Below, piece after piece: positions 1 to 11,829 of a stretch of DNA of 64,000 nucleotides; within the stretch, counting starts at the first letter, position 1; each line of letters starts with the position of its first letter. Both the position numbers and the translations under genes were made by a program. This DNA is from Eledone cirrhosa. Taxonomy: Eukaryota. The notes under the pieces are model-generated. The model was not told the origin of the DNA and made no database searches. It was given only the letters and a program-made list of their open reading frames with translations. The stretch lies in NCBI GenBank assembly GCA_964016885.1, contig OZ024740.1, forward strand, positions 85,126,001 through 85,190,000, read 5' to 3'.

Positions 1-1131
1 ACGGCCATCCGTCTTGTTGTTTTTGCCCGACTCGCTGGGAAAGCAACAAATTGAACTGGACTTGTCAGCATTTCGGCCACTCCTGTGGATTCGCCCGAAT
101 TATGGAATTTACACTGCTACCCACCTACCGATTAAACTTGCTTTTTTTTCTTTACAAAGCAACCAGCCATTTTTTCCTGGCTCCCTAGCACATTCGGCAA
201 TACATCTGGGAGGCCAACATTTTCTCGCCTACCCATCATCTTCTTGCCAGCACTGCCATAATAGCTTCGTCCACAGCTACTGGTGCAGCACTTGCCATTG
301 ACATTTAATGCAAGAACAGCAACTTCGCCCATGTCAGACTTTATCCGTTTTTTGTTAGACCTTTGGCGGTCACGTATAAACAACAAAACAACTGGTCATT
401 TGACACAGCGGCTCAACACGGCCCGTAGCGCCTCATTTTTTTTCTTGCATGCAGCCTTCTGCTCAATTATTTTGTCACTGATGTGCTCTTTCGGCATTTG
501 TTCTTGCTGATTTAATAATCTGTATCGACTACCGTCTAGAAAGGGGGTATTGTAGTAACCTACATTCCGCGGGCTCATATACATTCTCTATGCGTGATTT
601 GGCTCAGTTCAGTCAATCAGCGCCAGTAGAAGAGGATGTATCCCTACGCGCCCCGAGGAAGAAATTCCCCGCGAAGATTTGAAGAATCTCTCTCTTGTAC
701 CGAAAACTTCAAGCCAGCAACACGCATAATGTAACGGTGAGATATTGCACCCTAGCCTCGCCGGCTTAACGGCGCAATGGCACATTCCCTTTTGTAACCT
801 CTTTTTATCTGTAACTTCAACCATATAAGTTAACAAACATTGTGTGTGCTACATCAAAAATAAACATACATTTCATCTCTAATTTCTGCTGTTGAAATCA
901 TTATTATGTTACTCGTGTCTCAATAACATCTATAATCCATGCTGCTGGAATTGGCGACCTGACGAAAGGAATATTGTAAATAGATGGTAAATAGATCGAG
1001 GGACCTTCCCTCACGTCTATGTCGACAAGATAATCCAACGAGGATACTATCACTTACCCCACTGGCAACTAACGACCCTTCAATCATCTACCCTGTTAAA
1101 GTGGCGACCACGACTACTTAATAACTAATAC

Positions 1132-1374
1132 TGCTAAAAACTCACAGCCTTCTTTAAATGCTTCAACCTCTCCATACAGGTTGAGGCCAACGTCTCGGTC
1201 GTCAATTACCTCGACGTTACCCTCAATTTGTCGAATGGCTTGCACTACCCGTATAGAAAGCCGAATGGTATGCTTAATTACATAAGTAAGTGTTCTAATC
1301 ATCCTGCCATTATAACCAAGAACCTGGTAAGAAACGTTTCTTTGAGGCTTTGCCGTCTATCTACAAACGAGCAG
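1132..1374 (+). pseudogene. Penelope-like (Naiad-type) RT C-terminal/thumb fragment
   Basis: Translates to KKLTAFFKCFNLSIQVEANVSVVNYLDVTLNLSNGLHYPYRKPNGMLNYISKCSNHPAIITKNLVRNVSLRLCRLS. The NxLDxTL..YxKP..Y..SNHP..I pattern matches the PLE fragment at 41850-42066. Confidence 0.8.
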
Positions 1375-1562
1375 TATTATCTTCGCTTTTTTCCGTTCAT
1401 TGCCAGGGAAGGTCTTCACGAACCAAAGTATCGTCTTCCTGTTTTCCTTCGGTTGCAGCGTTTTTCGAAATATTTACTTCTGCGTTTACAGATTGATTTT
1501 TTAGTTTCAGAAGATCCCGTTAAGGGTGAAAGCAGCGATTCTTTGCTTAAACTTTAATCTTT
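1373..1562. repeat. Dispersed ~200 bp repeat; other copies at 28915-29502 (fold-back) and 48185-48390
   Basis: Near-identical TATTATCTTCG...GATTCTTTGCTTAAACTTTAATCT at three loci, each abutting (TA)n. Confidence 0.85.
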
Positions 1563-1572
1563 TATATATATA

Positions 1573-1917
1573 TATATTATAAAATAACAGGAGGCTGGAC
1601 TGGTGTAAATCCTTGAAAGGTTTATTATACCATGATCATTTCAATGACCGGGTTCGGTATGAATCCGGTGATATCATCAGGTATTCGAAATATAACAAAG
1701 GAATATAACAGATAAAATCCATGGGGCTGAAAATCAGAGACAAGAGGACGACCGACCATTTAGCAGCTTCTACCTCAGTCGGTCGCCCTCCTTTGTTATA
1801 TTTCGAATACCTGATGATATCACCGGATTCATACCGAACCCGGTTATTGAAACGATCATGGTATAATAAACCTTTCAAGGATTTACACCAGTCCAGCCTC
1901 CTGTTATTTTATAATAA
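1573..1917. mobile_element. Fold-back non-coding element (~130 bp arms) with an HHR motif in each arm; putative non-autonomous PLE derivative
   Basis: 1573-1702 is the reverse complement of ~1790-1917. The right arm contains ATAC-CTGATGA-stemII-GAAA-CGATCATG-GTAT followed by AATAAA. Confidence 0.75.
1807..1864 (+). ncRNA. Type I hammerhead ribozyme motif (mirror copy 1627-1684 minus); position 17 is G
   Basis: Stem I ATAC/GTAT, CTGATGA, stem II ACCGG/CCGGT, GAAA; palindromic ATGATCAT stem III in the mirror copy. Confidence 0.65.
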
Positions 1918-2071
1918 TTAACTCTGTACTCGCACCACCAACTACACAAACGAAGGCGGATGAGTTGCATTACGTTGAGTACTCACCAAAATATTTCATC
2001 GAGATTGACCATACGGAATGACCAGTTCTATCCAGTGGTGAACCAACTAACCTAAATATATATATATATAT

Positions 2072-2365
2072 AAAGAAAAAGAGATGAAATCGAAAATGCA
2101 ACTGGAGTCTTATTTTAAAAAAAAATATATATATTTATTTGGTTCCTTTACCGGTTTCGCAGTTCTTCTGCTTTTCAAAAGGTGAGTTGAGATGGAGGGT
2201 CTGTGGTTTTTCTCACAGATGTGAGAAAAACCACAGACCCTCCATCTCAACTCACCTTTTGAAAAGCAGAAGAACTGCGAAACCGGTAAAGGAACCAAAT
2301 AAATATATATATTTAAAAAAAAAATAAGACTCCAGTTGCATTTTCGATTTCATCTCTTTTTCTTC
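2072..2365. repeat. Near-perfect ~295 bp palindrome (2-nt loop at ~2218) carrying a variant minimal HHR
   Basis: Centre TTCTCACA-GA-TGTGAGAA. The ORF track gives almost the same peptide on both strands (2110..2298 minus, 2139..2327 plus). Confidence 0.9.
2255..2292 (+). ncRNA. Minimal type I hammerhead with U3-A8 core variant (mirror copy ~2145-2182 minus)
   Basis: CCTT-TTGAAAA-GCAG aagaa CTGC-GAAA-CCGG-TA-AAGG. Confidence 0.7.
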
Positions 2366-2423
2366 ATACTTTCACTCGTGTAGGACACCTCGGTTATTTT
2401 TCAATTTGTAAAAGAAATCTCAC

Positions 2424-2577
<154 letters not shown>

Positions 2578-2584
2578 GTATATA

Positions 2585-2714
2585 TATATAAAATAAACAC
2601 ATCAAACAATTATAGGGGATCATTTTTAATTTTTAATATGTTACCTCCGTAAATATGTGTTTACACTCTTTACAAATTATCCCCTGTAATTGTTTGATAT
2701 GTTTATTTTATATA
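2585..2714. repeat. Small fold-back (36 bp arms) between (TA)n tracts
   Basis: ATAAAATAAACACATCAAACAATTATAGGGGAT ... ATCCCCTGTAATTGTTTGATATGTTTATTTTAT. Confidence 0.8.
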
Positions 2715-3484
2715 TATGTCAATCGATTTTTAATTTAATGTTAATAAATGCTCACATTTATTCCTTAGAATCTTTTAGCTTATTCTACAGGTGGCATGGC
2801 GCATGTTTCTCATATTCTCAGACATGACATCTTTAATTTAATTTTGGTAGTATATATATATATATATATAATATATATATTAATAAATATTTGCTCTATG
2901 CTTTTTATATATTTGATATATATTTATATTTAAGATCCCCCCTCCCCCACTTCGGTCACGAATGACCATAGTATTTGCAACTAGAATTTTTTCTTCTGAG
3001 GCACAAGCCCAGGCAAGGTGATGTAGCCAACAAACAAGTTGGCATATTTCGGACTCCTTCTGTTTCCCATGGCTTACAAAACTTTTTTTCCCTTTCAGAT
3101 AGACGCGCTCTATCAGCAACCTTTCAAAAAAAAGTATATCATACACAAAACGCCAGCATCAACACTTTTCCAATGTAAGATGTGTATGTAAGCAGATTAT
3201 TGACGTAACTGAAACGGTTTCAATTGTGATGTGTTGTTTAGCACACAATTGATAAAAACTGTCGGAACTAGTTGGATTTTATTTGTTTTATGAATTTATT
3301 AGGTCTATTCTGATCCATAAAATGTCTTTACAAAACGTTTTCGTGAAATTAAGTTGAACATTGTTTAAAACTATGAGATTCAAACTTATGGAATTATTAT
3401 CGGAATAGGAAAAAAAAAAATTCATTATTGGTGTGATCTAATAGAGAAATGACATCACATTATTACATCACATAATATAGTCAT

Positions 3485-4325
3485 GGCCCTTTACGTTCTG
3501 AGTTCAAATCCCGCCGAGGTTAACTTTGCCTTTCATCCTCACGGGGTCTATAACATAAAGCACCAGTAATACATTGGGGTAATTGCTGGCCTTGTGCCAA
3601 AAGTAGAAACAATTATTGCATCAGATAAGGACAGTTGATTGGAGCGGCGTTAGAGCGTTGGACAACATGCTTTGCAGTATATAGTTATAATACTTAATGT
3701 TCTGAGTTCAAATCACGTTGAGGTTAGCTTTGCCTTTCATCCTTACGGGGTCGTTAAAATAAAGTACCATTGATGCACACTGGGGTCGATTTAATCGACT
3801 TTCCCCTCCCCCAAAATTGCTGGCCTTGAGCCCAATGTAGAACCAATTATTATGATTCAAGTGACGAATCAAATTTCGCCAATGCCAACTTTGCCTTTAA
3901 TACTTTCGCGGGTAATAAAATAAAGTACCAGTCAAATACTGGGGTCGATTGGAATTTAATGGACTTTCGCCTTCCTTTCAAATTGCTGGACTTGTGCCTA
4001 ATACGGAAACATAAAATATGACATTATGTGTGGATTGGCAGTATCGGTAGAAGGCCGGACGCCATGCTTTGACACATAGAGTCCCTTTACGGTCTGAGTT
4101 CAAATCCCGCCGAGGTTAACTTTGCCTTTCATCCTTATGGGGTCGATAAAATAAAGTACCAGTAATACACTGAATAATTGCTGGCCTTGTGCCAAAAGTA
4201 GAAACAATTATGTGACAGACGTTAGAATGTCGGATTAAATGCCTTCCAGCTCTAAACAATCAGTGTTCAATTACTGTCGAGGTCAAATCTGCCTTTCATC
4301 CTTTAGGGATCAATAAAAAGTAACA
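3485..4325 (+). mobile_element. Tandem cluster of ~5 tRNA-derived SINEs with Meta/MESC-like core
   Basis: Repeated B-box GAGTTCAAATCC, core CTTTGCCTTTCATCCTTACGGGGTCGATAAAATAAAGTACCAG and tail TTGCTGGCCTTGTGCCAAAAGTAGAAAC. Confidence 0.85.
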
Positions 4326-4599
4326 AAAAACAAAACAAAAAAAAAAACAAAAAAAAAACAAAAAAAAACAACAAACCTACAAACCTACCAGCCTAGGGGT
4401 ACTGGATGAGCAGAATTGTGAAAATGTTTGACGGGATGTTTTGTAGTATCTGTTCCGGTTCTAAGCCTCTTGAGTTCAAATATCGTCCCATGTCACACAA
4501 AAGCGGCCAGATACCTCAGATAGCAATAGAAGCAGCAGTAGACACAGTTTCCTCCTTGATCTAATCTGGCGAGCGATTCCTTTACCTTTTATTAGAGAT

Positions 4600-4710
4600 A
4601 TTTCATAACATCCTGGAGAGGAGATAAACTCCACCAGGTTTAAAAATGCCTTGAAAACACTGTATGTCAATGCGGAGCCCCTACGACTCCCTCATGAGTT
4701 ACGGATTAAA
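4600..4710. repeat. Dispersed repeat; related inverted copy at ~52495-52590
   Basis: GCCCCTACGACTCCCTCATGAGTTACGG here versus CCGTAACCCATGATGGAGTCGTAGGGGC. Confidence 0.6.
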
Positions 4711-5724
4711 AAGAAAGAAAAATAATTTTAGAACAAGTTTCATCTTTTCTGGATTCTTTGGTGTTCTTAAAAAAGTGCAACATGTCCGTACCCCCTATTT
4801 CATTGAAATCCTCCTCACGTTTTTGATGAATTGTTAATTTAACTTCAATAGTTCTTTTAAATAAATGTAAGGTACGAAGAAGAATTACCTTATTTAATGT
4901 GTTTTCTTCTTATATAAAGTGACTGGTTGTGATCAGTACCATATTTACATATGGTCTAAGTATACTGCAGCTCAGAGCCTCATACTCCGTATGAGGATTC
5001 CGTCACGTTTTAATATCAAAAAACATTTTTGTTAAAATTTAGAATATTTATAATTGTTCTTAAATGTACTTCCTTGTTCTTTGTGTGTCAACTCTGTTTT
5101 AGAAGATGGCATGGATCGATGCTGGTTCCTTAGCATAGTTTTATGCGTCAGCCTACATTCATGCACTTTTAATTTTCATTACGTTTCTTGCGAGCAGGTG
5201 ATGTGAGGCCCCAATTGTTCTCTAGCTCAGGACTTCTAGTTGTTTAAATCTAGCTCTGGGTGTATCATGTGGAATATTTGACTGTTATTTCTATGGTTGA
5301 CTCGTATACAAGTAATATGTGTGAGTTGTTTCAATCGATCCTACCATTCCCCTTCATTTCGTGCTTTTGCTTGCAAACTTGGAAATCAATATAAACTTGA
5401 TATAATGCAATACCACCACCAAGATACGAACTTATGTGAAGCCTCACGAACTGTACTTAAACATACAGCAAAAAGTTTTGATTTACTGACACCCAAATCT
5501 TTCCTCTAAGGTCAGCAGACCTTTTATAAAGTTAGTTTTATCTTAAATGTTTGAAAATCAATCCTTTGTTCAGCACTCTGCTCCTCTCCCCGCCGTTCCT
5601 CACCACACACCTCCTCCCCACCTTAGTCCTCTCGACACTACTTCAGACGACTACATGACACCACTTTACCCCATACTGCACCGACCGACATCATATCACA
5701 CTAGATGGTAGTTCCACACTAGAT

Positions 5725-6865
5725 TGTACCACATCACACCACACTACACCACACCACATTGCAGCACACCACACATCATACCACACAACACCACACCACA
5801 TTATATCACATTACACCGCACCACACTACACTACTACACTACACCACACCACACCATATCTTACCATAACACACCACACCACACCAGACTACTCCATACG
5901 ACACCTCAGAACACTACACTGCATCACACCACACCACACCACACCACAATACATTATACTACACCATACCACACCACACTATACTACTCCATACCACTCC
6001 ATACCACACCACACTACACTACCCTACAGCTCACCATACTAATTTATATCACACCACAGCACATCACACAACACTACACCACACCACACCACACCACACC
6101 ACACCACACCACACCACATCACATCACACCACACCACACCACACCACACCACACCACACCACACCACACCACACCACACCACACCACACCACACTACACT
6201 ATACTACACTACACTACACTACACTACACCATACCACAGCACACCAAACTACACCACACCACACCACACTACACTACACTACCTTACGCTACACTACACC
6301 ATACCACACCATACCACAGCATACCAAACTACACCACACCACACTACACCACACCACACCACACCACACCACACCACACCACACCACACCACACCACACT
6401 ACACTACACTACAGCACACCACACCATATCACACCACACCAAACTACACCACACCACACCACACCACACCACACTACACTACACTACACTACACTACACT
6501 ACGCCATACCAGACCATACCACAGCATACCAAACTACACCATACCACACCACACCACACCACACCACACCACACTACACTACACTACAGCACACCACACC
6601 ATACCACACCACACCACACCAAACTACACCACACCACACCACACCACACCACACCACACTACACTACACTACACTACACTACACTACACTACACTACACT
6701 ACACTACACTACACTACACTACACCATACCGCAGCTTACCAAACTACACCACACCACACCACACTACACTACACCACACCATACCACAGCACACCAAACT
6801 ACACCACACCACACCACACTACACTACACTACACCATACCACACCATATCTAACTATACTATTTC
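5725..6865. repeat. Degenerate pentanucleotide satellite (CACAC/CACTA/CATAC)n
   Basis: Period-5 repeat seen directly. Confidence 0.95.
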
Positions 6866-6949
6866 ACCTATCGCAACACATCACAAGTATCAAGTGCTGG
6901 AATCATCAAGACCCAATAAATGAGATAATCATGAACGTGCAGCTAAAAG

Positions 6950-7071
<122 letters not shown>

Positions 7072-7159
7072 TATGTATATATATATATATGTATGGATGG
7101 ATGGATGTATGTATGTTCTTCTGGTTTTATAATTTCACAAATTTTTGTGTATGTATATG

Positions 7160-7191
<32 letters not shown>

Positions 7192-7338
7192 TGGATGGAT
7201 GTATGTATGTGTGTATGTATGTGTGTATGTATGGTGTGTTGCTTTCTCTTAATTCTCAGTTTATTTTTGACCGGCCACCCTCAATGTGGTAGCTTATACT
7301 CTACTAATGTATTGAATACTTTATATATATATGTATAC

Positions 7339-7627
7339 GCAAGGGCCTTGTTTCAGGGGGGTACCAGAGGACAAGTCCCCTCCCTCCCCCTACTTTTTCA
7401 AACGTCTACATTTTACTTTTTGTTTATTTGATATAATAAATTCTTTTTAAGCTTATTATTTTTTTATATCTGAACGTCATTTGAATATATAAAATTTAAT
7501 TAACGTAAAATGTTACTGATGTGATAGGGTCCAGGAAAGGCACTATAAGCAATTTATGCTCCTTTAAGAATCAACAAATGTTGGTTTGTCCCCCTCCTCA
7601 CATTTTTAAGGCAAACGAGGCCCCTGT
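7339..7627. mobile_element. Putative MITE with imperfect terminal inverted repeats
   Basis: CAAGGGCCTTGTTT ... AAACGAGGCCCCTG, flanked by TA-rich sequence. Confidence 0.5.
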
Positions 7628-7735
7628 GTATACATACATATATATGATAACTGAAACAAAACAAAATACAGGAAGCAAAATTACAGTTACATTAAGTCCC
7701 CCCCCCCCCACACACATACACACACATACACACAT

Positions 7736-7788
<53 letters not shown>

Positions 7789-8373
7789 TAAGTTCACAGG
7801 CTGACTATGAAGAAGCGATGCTAAAAGTGTGACATCTTGCAAACATTAATTTCAACTCTTCTCATTAATAACTGCATTGTTTCTTTCCAGGGACTATGTT
7901 GAAAAATAAACCTCATTTGGACATTCCATGAGAGTATCTTGGTCAGCCTATCAACTTTTTGCCAATATGATAAGGTCCTGCAGTACCTTCTTATAAAGAA
8001 TTCGTTGATATCCACTGAAAATATGGATTAAGTACTAGTTAGCAGAGTGTTCAAATCTTTCAATACATATTAAGGATCAGCCCGCCTTGTGGTTTTGGCG
8101 GAGGATAGGATAGGAAAGACTTTACCCCGGTGGATGGCGAGGGTGACTCGCTGGAAAAGCCACTCCTTTTGCGAGGCTTGCGTCTACGGGTAGCCAGCTT
8201 GGGTATTATTTCTGGGAAGAGCACGTAAAAAAAGCATATTTCACTCCCCAATTTTTTGGCGTTTCCTTTTACTCAAATCAACGTTTGAGCGTCAGTGATG
8301 CTACGAATCATTTTAGCCAAATGTCGCCGTAATGAATTATAACGTTATATTATTTTACATTATATCAAATATC

Positions 8374-8465
8374 TTTGCCTTTCATCCTTACGGAGTCGAT
8401 AAAATAAAGTACCAGTAATGCACTGGGATAATTGCTGGCCTTGTGTCGAAATTAGAAACAATTAT
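8374..8465 (+). mobile_element. 5'-truncated SINE (Meta-like core and tail)
   Basis: TTTGCCTTTCATCCTTACGGAGTCGATAAAATAAAGTACCAG... Confidence 0.8.
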
Positions 8466-8484
8466 AGTGCACTATGTCATGGTT

Positions 8485-9496
8485 ATATCATATATCATAT
8501 CATATCATATCATATCATATCATATCATATATAATATTATATCATATATCATATATCATATATAATATCATATCATATCATATATCATATATCATATCAT
8601 ATCATATCATATCATATCATATCATATCATATCATATCATATATCATATACCATACCATACCATACCATACCATACCATACCATACCATACCATACCATA
8701 CCATACCATACCATACCATATCATATCATATCATACCATACCATACCATATCATACCATACCATACCATACCATACCATACCATACCATACCATAACATA
8801 TCATACCATACCATACCATACCATACTATATCATACCATACCATACCATACCATATCATACCATATCATACCATACCATACCATACCATACCATATTTAT
8901 TATATAATATATATATCCACCGCCCTGTAATATAATATAATATAATATAATATAATATAATATAATATAATATAATACAATACAATACAATACAATACAA
9001 TACAATACAATACAATACAATACTATACAATACAATACAATACAATACAATACACTACACTACACTACACTACACTACACTACACTACACTACACTACAC
9101 TACACTACACTACACTACACTATACTATACTATAATATAATATAATATAATATAATATAATATAATATAATATAATATAATATAATATTATATTATACTA
9201 TATTATATTATATTATATTATATTATATTATATTATATTATATTATATTATATTATATTATAGTATAGTATAGTATAGTGTAGTGTAGTGTAGTGTAGTG
9301 TAGTGTAGTGTAGTGTAGTGTAGTGTAGTGTAGTGTATTGTAGTGTATTGTATTGTATTGTATTGTATTGTATAGTATTGTATTGTATTGTATTATATTA
9401 TATTATATTATATTATATTATATTATATTATATTATATTATATTATATTATATTATATTATATTATATTATATTATATTATATTATATTATATTAT
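8485..9496. repeat. Compound pentanucleotide satellite; 8930-9496 is palindromic
   Basis: (ATATC)n(ATACC)n, then (TATAA)(TACAA)(TACAC)(TATAA), then the reverse-complement blocks in mirror order around ~9186. Confidence 0.9.
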
Positions 9497-9970
9497 AGTG
9501 GATTGGCAGTATCGGTAGAGGGTCGGACGCCTTGCTTTCCAGCATAGTTACGTCCCTTTACGATCTGAGTTCAAATCCCGCCGAGGTTGACTTTGCCTTT
9601 CATCCTTACGGGGTCGATAAAATAAAGTACCAGTAATGCACTGGGTATTGCTGGCCTTGTGCCTAAAGTAGAAACAATTATATTATATTATATTATATTA
9701 TATTACATTACATTACATTACATTACATTATATTATATTATATTATATTACATTACAGGGCGGTGGATTGGCAGTATCTGACGGTGGATTGGCAGTATCG
9801 GTAGAGGGTCGGACGCCATGCTTTCCAGCATAGTTACGTCCCTTAATAATCTGAGTTCAAATCCCGCCGAGGGTGACTTTGCCTTTCATCCTTACGCGGT
9901 CGATAAAATGAAGTACCAGTAATACACTGAGATAATTGCTGGCCTTGTGCCAAAAGTAGAAACAATTATA
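9497..9970 (+). mobile_element. Two full-length tRNA-derived SINEs (9497-9682, 9760-9970) with (ATTAT)n tails
   Basis: A-box-like TGGCAGTATCGG, B-box GAGTTCAAATCC, Meta-like core. Confidence 0.88.
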
Positions 9971-10164
9971 TTATATTATATTATGTATTTTTATTTTTAT
10001 CTATTTTATTTGATTTAACATGGTCCTGAAAAGGGCCATAGGCGCTGTGCCCCTTCCTCTGAATAAACCAAAAAGAATGTAGAACTTTAAAAAAAAGTAG
10101 TAAGAAACCATAGGAGCACACGTCATAAATGTTGTGTAAAGAATAATAATTGTTTCTACTTTAT

Positions 10165-10218
<54 letters not shown>

Positions 10219-10219
<1 letters not shown>

Positions 10220-10352
10220 TTTTCTTTATTAACCACAAGGGTTTACATAAAGTAGACATTAAGGACAGTACAGGACAATACAGGACGGTACAAATGGGCA
10301 TTTCTGCGTGTAAAAAAAACAGAGGATGTAATAAAATAACAAAGAACTAAAA
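10219..10352 (-). mobile_element. 3' end of a Tx1-like LINE in (AAT)n
   Basis: TTTCTTTATTAACCACAAGGG...ACAGGACGGTAC matches the Tx1 3' terminus at 15492-15555. Confidence 0.7.
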
Positions 10353-10655
10353 CAATACCAGTGGTTGTAGGCGCTCTAGGAATGATACCTAAGGGGTCTA
10401 ATGATTACTTATAGCAAATCCCAGGAAACCCGCGTATAGGAGAAATACAAAAGATAGTACTAATGGAAACTGCCCATATACTAAGGAAGATTCTGTCAAT
10501 ATAAGTACATCACAAGTCTAAACACCTAAAGATGCATGTGTGAGTATGTATGTTCTTTCTTGAACATGGCGGACCTTGTTGTCTCTTGAGGTCACTGGTT
10601 GTGACTTGGTGATAACTAATATGAACATAAAGCAAGATAAATGCAGCTGTAATAC

Positions 10656-10660
<5 letters not shown>
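10353..10660 (+). mobile_element. 3' fragment of a second R4/Dong-type LINE family
   Basis: Translates to IPVVVGALGMIPKG...QKIVLMETAHILRKILSI*, homologous to IPIVIGALGTISK...QKACLLGTARTLRYVLNI; (AAT)n tail. Confidence 0.8.
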
Positions 10661-10687
<27 letters not shown>

Positions 10688-10710
<23 letters not shown>

Positions 10711-10875
10711 TTGGCGCCCCGCCACGCTTTTTGGAACGCTTCAAAAGGCATGCTTGCTGGGAACAGCAAGAACCCTCCGATACGTCCTGAATATCTGAGG
10801 CTGCAGGTAGTGGCTTGATATTCATTTCAACAAACTTTCCAGTTAACTAACATCAATGACTGAGACTCAAAGAAC

Positions 10876-10925
<50 letters not shown>
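10688..10925 (+). mobile_element. Short 3' fragment of the same R4/Dong family as 11830-15490
   Basis: GGAACAGCAAGAACCCTCCGATACGTCCTGAATATCTGAGGCTGCAGG shared; (AAT)n tail. Confidence 0.92.
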
Positions 10926-11829
10926 GGGAAGAAGACGCACGAGGTGGCGGAGGTCATGAAATCGCTCCCGTAAGTTTTGAATTTTTAACATATTTAAATC
11001 ATTTGTGAAATAACAACTCTTAGTACAAATGCTACGTAAAGCACCCGGCTTGAGCCCCAAAAAAATTCGGACCCAAAATATATTGTTATAAGGCTCAAAT
11101 ATTCAAATATTCAACTTTGTATTGTACACTGTATATCCAAAAAAGAAAATGGCTATAAATGGAAGAAGAACCCCCCCCCTCCTCTCCTCTGTCTACACTA
11201 TATAGAACAGCCAAACTCACCAACACCAGAAACTAGATACACCACCCACCCCATCACCTGTGTACACTAAACACAACAGCCAGATAACGGCATTTTCACC
11301 ACCACCGCTCACTACGGCCATCATTACCACCATTATCCCATCACCGCCGCCACCACCCCTTCACTCCTTCACTGCTACCACCGCTACAGCACCATCACTA
11401 CAGTAATACGGTCACATCACCGCCACCACTGCCTCGGTATCGACATCACCACCACCACTGTCTCAGTATCGCTACCGCCGCCAGTCTTCCACTTCTTCCA
11501 GCTGGCTGCTGCCACCACATTATAGAATCCCTACTGCTAAAAAAGAGGAAGGCATCAAAATATATAGATAGACTCAAAAGAAAAAAGAAAAAACAAACAA
11601 CAAAACCAAAGCAGCACAGCAACAACAGCAAAAAACGAGAAAAACAAACAGAGAAAAACAAAAACAACCCCCCCCCCCCCAAAAAAAAACGTAAAGAAAA
11701 TAAGAATGAAGAGAGAAGCAGGCGGACGGACAGAGAAGAGGGGGGAAAAACTAAAACTTAAAAAACAAAAACTAAGTCAGACATTCGAACACTACATTAC
11801 AATGAAACTTATGCTTATTCATTTTTGGG

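Noticed and set aside
1-590. GC-richer stretch with short ORFs on both strands
   Set aside because: Possibly a decayed transposon, but no motif I can recognise.
2790-2830. Minus-strand CTGAGAA..GAAACATG hammerhead-like string
   Set aside because: No stem II can form and the core is altered.
3485-4325. tRNA genes or a CRISPR-like repeat array
   Set aside because: A/B boxes run into a SINE core and tail; there is no cloverleaf, no constant repeat-spacer period and no cas genes.
4740-5530. Possible decayed LINE coding sequence (also ~7800-8330, 29585-29780, 33420-33760)
   Set aside because: Only vague resemblance; too degenerate to call without a search.
5724-6923. 399 aa His/Thr/Pro-rich ORF
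   Set aside because: Translation of a stop-free pentamer satellite.
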